A DNA stretch of 32,000 bases. Source: an uncultured archaeon (GTDB lineage Archaea; Iainarchaeota; Iainarchaeia; Iainarchaeales; CSSED10-239). Numbering within the stretch: the first letter of the stretch is position 1; every line of letters starts with the position of its first letter. Location of the stretch: positions 1 through 32,000 of the forward strand of contig CAZQEL010000006.1 of the NCBI GenBank assembly GCA_964591795.1, written 5' to 3'. Position numbers and translations under genes: made by a program. This document shows positions 1-7,278 of the stretch, piece after piece. Below the pieces are notes generated by a model. That model worked only from the letters and a program-made list of their open reading frames with translations. It was not told where the DNA came from and did not search any database.

Positions 1-106
1 AACGAGCAGTATGCTCGTTAAAAATGAACAAGATGTCCAGCGGACATCTTGAATAGGTGTAGTAGAATGTAATTTAGAAGTCAGTAGTGCAGCGCACGAC
101 TGACTT
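1..106 (+). other. Cluster of three GC-rich stem-loops with 3-nt loops (1-19, 29-51, 78-106), immediately upstream of the DGR avd-like gene
   Basis: AACGAGCA-gta-TGCTCGTT (8 bp). CAAGATGTCC-agc-GGACATCTTG (10 bp). AAGTCAGT-a-GTGC-agc-GCAC-g-ACTGACTT (12 bp with one A/G mismatch). They are perfect or near-perfect complements and stand out in an AT-rich background. Function is inferred, not shown. Confidence 0.6.
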
Positions 107-108
107 TA

Positions 109-149
109 TAAAAATAAATTTTGATTGAAAAAAATTAAATTTATTTTTA
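109..149. repeat. AT-rich inverted repeat (12-bp arms AAAAATAAATTT / AAATTTATTTTT, 15-nt spacer) upstream of avd-like gene
   Basis: Arms at 110-121 and 137-148 are exact reverse complements. The same arm core AAAATAAATTT recurs in a second inverted repeat at 638-680. Confidence 0.5.
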
Positions 150-183
150 AAAATAAAAAATAAACAAAAAAAACAAAATAAAC

Positions 184-558
184 ATGAACCACGATAACCT
201 TAAAATCTATAAAACCGCACTAGATTTAGTAGTTTATTTTGAAAAAATTGTTTTTAATTTTGATAAATATCATAAATATGCAATAGGAATTGATTTAAAA
301 AATAAAGCTAGACAAATATCTTTAAAAGTAATTAGAGCAAACACATCTAAATCAAAGTCAATCGAAATTCAAGAAATGCTAATATTAATTGAAGAATTAA
401 AATTTTTAATAAGATTATGTAAAGAAATAAATGGTTTTAAAAATAAAAATTCTTATTCATATTCTTCAAAATTATTAACTACTCTTGAAAACCAAGCAAT
501 AACTTGGAAATTATACTCGCAAAAGCGAGAACAAACAGAAGAAAATCTAGAATTGTAA
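184..558 (+). CDS. avd: Avd-like DGR accessory protein (four-helix-bundle, 23S rRNA intervening-sequence protein family)
   Basis: 124 aa, predicted all-helical. The N-terminal pattern LKIYKTALDLVVYFEKIV..FDKYHKYAIGIDLKNKARQISLKVIRAN is typical of the S23/Avd family. It lies directly upstream of the TR and DGR-type RT in the canonical avd-TR-RT order. Confidence 0.7.
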   Translation: MNHDNLKIYKTALDLVVYFEKIVFNFDKYHKYAIGIDLKNKARQISLKVIRANTSKSKSIEIQEMLILIEELKFLIRLCKEINGFKNKNSYSYSSKLLTTLENQAITWKLYSQKREQTEENLEL

Positions 559-637
559 AGGTTATCTTAAAATAATTATTTACAAGCGTGATTTAATTTA
601 TGGTGATAGAAGGCACCAATAGGTAGTTTAACATCAC

Positions 638-680
638 TAAAATAAATTTTACTTTTTTTTTAAAAGATAAATTTATTTTA
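638..680. repeat. AT-rich inverted repeat (12-bp arms TAAAATAAATTT / AAATTTATTTTA, 19-nt T-rich spacer) immediately upstream of candidate TR
   Basis: Arms at 638-649 and 669-680 are exact reverse complements. It shares the AAAATAAATTT core with the 109-149 repeat. Confidence 0.5.
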
Positions 681-681
681 A

Positions 682-807
682 AAAAGATCTTCTATAAACG
701 ACACAACCGAGTATAGCTCGTCCAATGCATATAAAATCAATATGAATAATGGAAATATCAACAATAACAATAAGAGCAATAACAACAATGTGCGTTGTGT
801 TCGCGAA
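682..807 (+). other. Candidate DGR template repeat (TR); boundaries approximate
   Basis: The frame is open from the stop at 679-681 and encodes KRSSINDTTEYSSSNAYKIN-MNNGNINNNNKSNNNN-VRCVRE. 11 of the 16 codons at 742-789 are AAY. The stretch ends in GC-rich GTGCGTTGTGTTCGCG. RT homology only begins after this. No VR is available in the window to fix the ends. Confidence 0.5.
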
Positions 808-2259
808 CATAAATTTACTTTCAAAGAGATTTATAAAGCATATCTTTCTTGTAGAAAAAACAAAAGAAATACTATTAATGCTTTAAAATTTGAAATTAAT
901 TTAGAAAGTAATTTACATGAGTTGGTTTATGTTTTAAATAATAAAACATACTTTCCAACTCGTTCTGTTTGTTTCTCTATAAAAGATCCTAAACCAAGAG
1001 AGGTTTTTGCAGCTGATTTTAAAGATAGGATTGTTCATCATGTTATTTATAATCATCTAAACCCTATTTATGAAAAAATATTTATATTTGATTCATTTGC
1101 TTGTAGAAAAGGAAAAGGAACTTTAAAAGCTGTAAAAAGATTACAATCTTTTACTTGTAAAATTACTAAAAATCAAACTAAAAAATGTTTTTATCTTCAA
1201 TTAGATATTTTTAATTTTTTTATGAGTATAGATAAAAATATTCTTTATAATATCTTATGTAAAAAAATAAAAAATAAAAATATATTACATTTATTAAAAA
1301 CAGTTCTTTTTCACAATCCTATCAATGATTATGTACAAAAAGGTCCTAATTATAAACAACAAAAAGTGCCTTTTCATAAATCTTTATTTAATGTTGAAAA
1401 TGGAAAAGGTCTTCCAATCGGCAATTTAACTTCTCAGTTGTTTGCAAATATTTATTTAAATGAACTTGATCAATATTTAAAGCATATTTTAAAAATAAAA
1501 TATTATGTTAGATATGTAGATGATTTTGTAATTCTTGCTGATAATAAAAAAGAACTTTTATTTTATAAATCTAAAATTACTTTTTTTTTAAATGATGCTC
1601 TTTCTTTAAGATTTAAAGAATCTAATTTATTAGCTCCAATAACTAATGGTATTAATTTTGTTGGTTATATTATAAAACCAAAATATCTTCTTTCAAGAAA
1701 TCGTAATATTAAAAATATTTATAAAAAATTAAATTTATTTAAAAAAGAAAATATTAATTTAAACTACAAATATACTCTTTTTAAATATGATAATATCTCT
1801 AATTTGATAAATTCTTTAAATAGTTATTTTGGCTATTTAAAACACTCAATGTGTAAAAAAATCATTGAAAATATTATTTTAAAATATTCTTTTTTAAATT
1901 TTTATGTTTATTTTAATGAAAACAAAGTATTGAGTATCTTTAAAAACAATATTTTTGATTTTAAATCTCAGCATTTATTTTTTAAAAATAAATTTGAAAA
2001 TACTATCATTTTTTTAGATGTTAATTTATTTTTTAGAGTGCTTTCAGATGATGCTTTATTTATAAATAATTATTTTATGTCTAATCTTAAAAAAACTAAT
2101 AATTATGTTTTTGTTGATATTTATAAAAAAAATTATTTATTTATAATAAATAAATTAATCACTAAAAATAAGAATATTATTGTTACAACTCAAGTTAATG
2201 AAGGTAATTTAGTTTATAGACAAATATTATCTTTTTATTTTTTGAATAAAAATATTTAA
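742..2259 (+). CDS. DGR-type reverse transcriptase (RNA-directed DNA polymerase)
   Basis: RT motifs: PREVFAADFKDRIVHHVIY, FACRKGKGT, YLQLDIFNFFMSID, and LPIGNLTSQLFANIYLNELD (IGxxxSQ at 1417-1437, the DGR hallmark). Also YVRYVDDFVIL (YVDD at 1513-1524) and GINFVGYII. The first ~22 codons are probably TR rather than RT. An alternative in-frame GTG start is at 790. The C-terminal ~120 aa are low-complexity. Confidence 0.88.
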   Translation: MNNGNINNNNKSNNNNVRCVREHKFTFKEIYKAYLSCRKNKRNTINALKFEINLESNLHELVYVLNNKTYFPTRSVCFSIKDPKPREVFAADFKDRIVHHVIYNHLNPIYEKIFIFDSFACRKGKGTLKAVKRLQSFTCKITKNQTKKCFYLQLDIFNFFMSIDKNILYNILCKKIKNKNILHLLKTVLFHNPINDYVQKGPNYKQQKVPFHKSLFNVENGKGLPIGNLTSQLFANIYLNELDQYLKHILKIKYYVRYVDDFVILADNKKELLFYKSKITFFLNDALSLRFKESNLLAPITNGINFVGYIIKPKYLLSRNRNIKNIYKKLNLFKKENINLNYKYTLFKYDNISNLINSLNSYFGYLKHSMCKKIIENIILKYSFLNFYVYFNENKVLSIFKNNIFDFKSQHLFFKNKFENTIIFLDVNLFFRVLSDDALFINNYFMSNLKKTNNYVFVDIYKKNYLFIINKLITKNKNIIVTTQVNEGNLVYRQILSFYFLNKNI

Positions 2260-2537
2260 TTTATTTTTTTATAGTATATAATTTAGCTTATTTTAAATTT
2301 TTTTTTTATGTACACCTATTTATTATTATTATTGTGTTTATTTAATATTAGTGTTGTTATACATAAAAAGAATATCTTTTTAAGTAAATCGGTTCATAAA
2401 TAAATATAAGAAATCTATTTTTATAAGAGTTAAACTAGTTTATAGTGTTAATTTATGTTTTTTTTAAAAAACTACAAAACAGGATTGTAATATTTTATTT
2501 TTAAAATAAAATTATATACACAAAAAAATGATTAGAT

Positions 2538-3212
2538 ATGATAAATACAAAAGATATTATTGAAATGGAACTAATTTTAAAAGACGCTAATACAAAAGAA
2601 ATATTAGATACAACAAAAAAAGAAGTAGCAAAAGAACACGATTTAAATTTAAAACAAGAGTATAAACCTTTAAGTTATGTTTTTGGTACTGGGGAATTAT
2701 TAAAAGGTGTTGAAGAAAACATTAAAGATTTAGAAATTGGAAAAACAAAAACTTTTATGTTAAAAAAAGAAAATGCTTTTAAAGATAAAGATCCTTCTAA
2801 GGTTGAATTAATTTCTTCAAATGAATTTAAAAAAGAAAAAGTTAAACCTGCAATTGGTTTATTTGTAAATGTTGGTAACAGATCTGGAAAAATAGTAAGT
2901 ATATCCGGTGGAAGAGTAAAAGTTGATTTTAATCCAATTTTTGCAGGAAGAGACCTTGAATATACAATAACATTAAATAAAATAATTTCAAAGGATTCTG
3001 AAAAATTACCTTTACTTTTAGAAAAAGCATTTTATTTTATGCCAAAGGATAAATTAAAATTAAATGTACATGAAAAAGAACTAGAACTTGAAATGCCACT
3101 TGGTATTCCTCAAGAAATAGATTATTTTAAACAATTATTTACAAAAATGGTTTTTGAAACTACTAATTTTGAAAAATTAAAATTTACACAAGTATTTAAT
3201 AAAAAGAAGTAA
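2538..3212 (+). CDS. FKBP-type peptidyl-prolyl cis-trans isomerase (archaeal long type with IF insert)
   Basis: ILDTTKKEVAKEHDL, FGTGELLKGVEENIKDLEIGKTKTF, KENAFKDKDPSKVELISSNEF and GKIVSISGGRVKVDFNPIFAGRDLEYTI match the archaeal FKBP/SlyD pattern. Confidence 0.88.
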   Translation: MINTKDIIEMELILKDANTKEILDTTKKEVAKEHDLNLKQEYKPLSYVFGTGELLKGVEENIKDLEIGKTKTFMLKKENAFKDKDPSKVELISSNEFKKEKVKPAIGLFVNVGNRSGKIVSISGGRVKVDFNPIFAGRDLEYTITLNKIISKDSEKLPLLLEKAFYFMPKDKLKLNVHEKELELEMPLGIPQEIDYFKQLFTKMVFETTNFEKLKFTQVFNKKK

Positions 3213-3223
3213 GGTGAATTAAA

Positions 3224-3829
3224 TTGACTGATAAAACACTTAAGACAGGAACAACAACAGTTGGAATAATTTCTAAAGATAGTATCGTTCTTGCTGCAGA
3301 TATGCAAGCAACAATGGGTAATATTTCAGCTAATAATGGTATGACTAAAATATATAAAATAAGTGATTATATTGCAATGACAATTGCTGGTTCTGTTGGA
3401 GATGCTATGGTTCTAGTTCGTTATTTACAAAATCATGCTAATCTTTATGAACTTGAACATAAAAGATCATTAAGTACAAAGTCATGTGTTACTTTACTTT
3501 CAAATGTTTTAAATTCAAGTAAAATGATTCCATTTTATACTCAATTAATATTAGCTGGTTCAGATCATGAACTTTATTCTGTTGATTTTACTGGCGGATC
3601 TACTAAAGAAGAAAGCTTCGCGTTCTCTGGATCAGGGTCAGAACTTGCTTTAAGTATTATGGATAAAGGTTATAAATCAATAATTACTTCAAAAGATGCT
3701 ATTGATCTTGCAAAAGATGCTATTAACTCTGCTAAAAAAAGAGATATTTATACCGGTGGAGATGGTATTAAAATAGTTGTTATTAGTAAAGATGGTGTAG
3801 AAGAACTACCTATCGAGAAATATAAATAG
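3224..3829 (+). CDS. psmB: Proteasome subunit beta
   Basis: A short propeptide is followed by GTTTVGIISKDSIVLAADMQATMG (catalytic Thr). The TTG start is preceded by AAGGTGA. Confidence 0.93.
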   Translation: MTDKTLKTGTTTVGIISKDSIVLAADMQATMGNISANNGMTKIYKISDYIAMTIAGSVGDAMVLVRYLQNHANLYELEHKRSLSTKSCVTLLSNVLNSSKMIPFYTQLILAGSDHELYSVDFTGGSTKEESFAFSGSGSELALSIMDKGYKSIITSKDAIDLAKDAINSAKKRDIYTGGDGIKIVVISKDGVEELPIEKYK

Positions 3830-3980
3830 TTTTTTTTAAATAATTTTTAATTTTTTCATAATATTTTTTATAAGCATTTTTAAAAAAATATTATTCTTTT
3901 ACATTTTTTAAAATAAAAAATCTTTTTTACAAAGATAAATTATATAGGATAAAAAACAAACTAATTATAAGTGAATTAAT

Positions 3981-5873
3981 ATGGATTTATTTGACGAAAT
4001 AAAAAAGCAAATTTCAAATATGCTTAATGAAAAGAAAAAAGTTTTTTCAAAAATTGAGCCTGAGGGAGCAGAAATCGCAATATATACTGCAGACCCTTAC
4101 TCTTATTTTAATAATAAAACAATTGTTGGTGAAATTGCAGAAAAATTTAAAAAAAGAATAAATATTAGAACTGATAAAAGTGTTTTAATGGATTCTGCAG
4201 AAGCATACAACAAAATAAAAGAAATTGTGCCTAATGACGCTGGTATTAAATCAATTGCATTTGATTCTGTTTTTTCAGAAGTAGTAATTGAAGCTGAAAA
4301 ACCAGGTGTTGTAATTGGTAAACTTGGAGATGTTTCAAAAGAAATAATTAGAGAAACAAAATGGATTCCAAAAATATTAAGAGCACCACTTGAACCTTCT
4401 GAAATTATTAAAAAAATAAGAGGGTATGCAATTAAAAATAATTCAGAAAGAAAACAATTTTTAAAAGAAATTGCTAAAAAAATATATTCTCCTCCAGTAA
4501 GTACAAAAGATTGGGTAAGAGTAACCGCTCTTGGTGGATTTAGAGAAGTTGGAAGAAGTGCTATTCTTTTAGAAACTCCCGATACAAAAATTTTACTTGA
4601 TTGTGGTATTAATCCTGCAGATAAAAATGAAGAAACACCTTATTTTGGAGTAATTAGATTTCCATTAGAAGAGCTTGATGCAGTTGTTATTACACACGCA
4701 CACATAGATCACGTTGGTTTCTTACCCTATTTATTTAAAGTAGGTTATAGAGGACCAGTATATTGTACTGAACCTACTAAAGATTTAATGGCTCTTTTAC
4801 TTCTTGATGCTATTAAAGTTTATGAAAAGAATGGACGTGAACCACTTTACGGTGAAGAAGATGTTAAGGAAGTAATTAAACATGCAATTACTAAAAATTT
4901 TAGAGAAGTAACAGATATTGCTCCAGGAATAAGATTAACTTTCCATGGTGCATCTCACATTTTAGGTTCTGCATCTGCTCATTTGCATATTGGTGATGGT
5001 AAACAAAATTTAGTTTATTCTGCTGATATTAAATATGGATTTACAAGACTTTATAATAACATGGATGCTAAATATCCTAGAGTTGACACTTTAATTTTAG
5101 AAAGTACTTATGGTGGTAAACCACTTAATCCTTCTAGAAATAAATCCGAAGATCATTTAATAGAAATTTTAAATGAAACCTATGATAAAGGTGGAACAAC
5201 TTTAATTCCTGTTTTCTCAGTTGGTCGTGCTCAAGAGGTTATGATTGTTCTTGAAGATTATTTTAGACGTGGTAAATTAAAATCTGATAATGTTTTTATT
5301 GATGGTATGACTCGTCAAGCTTCTTTAATTCACACAGTATATCCTGAATATTTAAAACAAAATATTAAAACTAGAGTTTTACAAAATAATTCTCCATTTT
5401 CATCAAAATTATTTAAGTCTGTTGATTATGAAGAAAATAGTCGTGAAAATGTTTTAAAAACAAAAGGAGCTATAATAGTTGCTTCATCAGGTATGTTAAC
5501 TGGTGGTCCTTCTGTGTCCTATTTTAATGAACTTGCAGATAATCCTGATAACTCAATGGTTTTTGTAGGGTATCAAGCAAAAAATAGTTTAGGTAAAAAA
5601 GTACAAAAAGGTTTAAGATCAATTTTAATTAATGATTCTCATGGCAAACCAAAGACTTTACATATTAAATTAAGACTTGAAACAGTTGATGCATTTAGTG
5701 GTCATGCTTATCGTCAAGAACTTTTAAATTACATAACAAGTTTAAACCCTAAACCAAAAATAATTTTAATAAATCACGGAGATTCATGTCAAGAGTTTGC
5801 AAAATTCGTATCTAAAAAATTTCATATTAATACATTAGCAATACAAAATTTAGAAAGTGTAAGATTGAGATAA
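3981..5873 (+). CDS. aCPSF1: aCPSF1 / FttA-type beta-CASP ribonuclease with N-terminal KH domains
   Basis: 630 aa. N-terminal KH-like region (VIGKLGDVSKEI), metallo-beta-lactamase HAHIDHVG motif, beta-CASP region, and C-terminal SGHA..LINHGD. Confidence 0.9.
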   Translation: MDLFDEIKKQISNMLNEKKKVFSKIEPEGAEIAIYTADPYSYFNNKTIVGEIAEKFKKRINIRTDKSVLMDSAEAYNKIKEIVPNDAGIKSIAFDSVFSEVVIEAEKPGVVIGKLGDVSKEIIRETKWIPKILRAPLEPSEIIKKIRGYAIKNNSERKQFLKEIAKKIYSPPVSTKDWVRVTALGGFREVGRSAILLETPDTKILLDCGINPADKNEETPYFGVIRFPLEELDAVVITHAHIDHVGFLPYLFKVGYRGPVYCTEPTKDLMALLLLDAIKVYEKNGREPLYGEEDVKEVIKHAITKNFREVTDIAPGIRLTFHGASHILGSASAHLHIGDGKQNLVYSADIKYGFTRLYNNMDAKYPRVDTLILESTYGGKPLNPSRNKSEDHLIEILNETYDKGGTTLIPVFSVGRAQEVMIVLEDYFRRGKLKSDNVFIDGMTRQASLIHTVYPEYLKQNIKTRVLQNNSPFSSKLFKSVDYEENSRENVLKTKGAIIVASSGMLTGGPSVSYFNELADNPDNSMVFVGYQAKNSLGKKVQKGLRSILINDSHGKPKTLHIKLRLETVDAFSGHAYRQELLNYITSLNPKPKIILINHGDSCQEFAKFVSKKFHINTLAIQNLESVRLR

Positions 5874-5876
5874 AAT

Positions 5877-6371
5877 ATGCATATAATAATTACAGGTTCG
5901 GTTGCATCAGGTAAAACCACTATTGCAAATGAATTAAAAAGAAGAATATCTTTTCCAAAATTTATTGTGGTTAACGATAAGGTGTTTGCACAAGAACATA
6001 ATTTAGGTATATTTAATAAAGAAACTGGGGAATATGAAGTTGATGTTATTTTATTTTCAAGAAAAATATCTGAATTTGTTAAATCTAAAAAAAATGTTAT
6101 TTTTGAAGGTCATTTATTTTGTGAATTACAAAAGTTTCTTCTTATGAAAATAAATTATGTTTTTGTTTTAAAAAATTCTGAAAAATTTTTAAGAGATGCA
6201 ATGAAAGAAAGAGGATATAATGTTTTAAAAATTGAAGAAAATATTCTTTGTTTTAAAACAAATTATTTTGAAAAAAAATTTAATAAAAAACACATTAATT
6301 TTATAACTATTCAAGCCACTAAAGATCTTAAACTTAATGTTAATAAAATAAATAAATATTTAAAACTCTAA
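5877..6371 (+). CDS. P-loop nucleotide kinase (adenylate kinase/Fap7-like)
   Basis: N-terminal Walker A (IIITGSVASGKTTIANEL) and a small 164-aa size. Family assignment is tentative. Confidence 0.55.
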   Translation: MHIIITGSVASGKTTIANELKRRISFPKFIVVNDKVFAQEHNLGIFNKETGEYEVDVILFSRKISEFVKSKKNVIFEGHLFCELQKFLLMKINYVFVLKNSEKFLRDAMKERGYNVLKIEENILCFKTNYFEKKFNKKHINFITIQATKDLKLNVNKINKYLKL

Positions 6372-6384
6372 AATGTGATATGAT

Positions 6385-7209
6385 ATGGTTCAAGCATTAG
6401 TTATAGCAAAAACACAAACTGTTAAAGAAATTAAAAAGATATCTAGTATTAAAAGAAGAAATAAATTAATATTTAAATTTTTAGCAATAATTATAATTGT
6501 ATTTTTAATTGCTTTATTACTAAATAAACTAGTTATTGAAAATAGATATTCATTTACTGATAAAAAAACAAATATTTATTTTAAATCAAATAATTTTCAT
6601 ATTAAAGAAGGATTTGATGTATTTTCAAAAGATGTAAACTACACTATTGTGTTTAATTCATTATATTCTGATCAAACTTATTTGTCATCAGTAACAGAAG
6701 GTCTTGTTTTTTTTCAATCAATGTTACATGCAAAAAATAAAAATGTTATTTTAATTATATCTTTAAGTGATGAAAACAATAATTTAATTTCTTGTCAATC
6801 AAATCTTGGTAATATTTATGAAAATAAAGAACTTACAAAGGATGAGTGTTTAATATTAATCAAAAGTGATCGTTCAACTATAATGGTTGATTATCCTTAT
6901 GAAAGTTATATTAATTCAAATGTTTTATTAAATGTATCTGAAAAGTTACTTATAATTAAACCAAGTAAAGCTGAAGATGTTTATGCTTCTCTTTCATTAA
7001 TTTCAAATCAAATGTTTTCTGATTCTGAATTTATAAAGAGTACAATTTTAGATATCCAAAATAAAGTAAACGATAGTAGTAATTTAGATGTTAACAAAAA
7101 TTTAGATGTCAGTACTAATTTAGATATTAATACTAGTTTTGAAGATATTAATACTTTTTTTGATTCAAATATTTCTGATTTGAATACATTTAATGATATT
7201 AATAGTTAA
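6385..7209 (+). CDS. Hypothetical membrane-anchored protein with C-terminal NLD(V/I) repeats
   Basis: One N-terminal hydrophobic segment (LIFKFLAIIIIVFLIALLL). No recognisable domain. Confidence 0.5.
   Translation: MVQALVIAKTQTVKEIKKISSIKRRNKLIFKFLAIIIIVFLIALLLNKLVIENRYSFTDKKTNIYFKSNNFHIKEGFDVFSKDVNYTIVFNSLYSDQTYLSSVTEGLVFFQSMLHAKNKNVILIISLSDENNNLISCQSNLGNIYENKELTKDECLILIKSDRSTIMVDYPYESYINSNVLLNVSEKLLIIKPSKAEDVYASLSLISNQMFSDSEFIKSTILDIQNKVNDSSNLDVNKNLDVSTNLDINTSFEDINTFFDSNISDLNTFNDINS
7081..7134 (+). repeat. Three in-frame 18-bp imperfect tandem repeats (NLDVNK / NLDVST / NLDINT)
   Basis: aatttagatgttaacaaa / aatttagatgtcagtact / aatttagatattaatact, read directly from the sequence. Confidence 0.8.
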
Positions 7210-7278
7210 TTATTTTATTTTTAAAATAATTACTATTTACAATTCAATTTATATTATTTATGCTACAATATTATATCT

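Larger units (their letters stand above)
184..2259 (+). mobile_element. Diversity-generating retroelement core cassette (avd - TR - RT); VR/target gene not found in window
   Basis: Combination of the three features above in canonical order and on the same strand. Confidence 0.75.

Noticed and set aside
1-120. Whether the window start itself is the DGR variable repeat matching the TR at 682-807
   Set aside because: I tried several manual alignments, for example around the shared GAATA/AATAGGT strings. All require mismatches at non-adenine TR positions and indels. The GC-rich TR end GTGCGTTGTGTTCGCG has no counterpart here. This is inconsistent with adenine-specific TR-to-VR differences.
742-2259. 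The RT as a group II intron maturase or a retron RT
   Set aside because: Motif 4 is IGxxxSQ rather than QGxxxSP. I saw no intron domain V/VI-like RNA flanking the ORF. There is no maturase X or endonuclease region and no retron VTG motif. An Avd-like gene and an AAY-rich TR are present instead.
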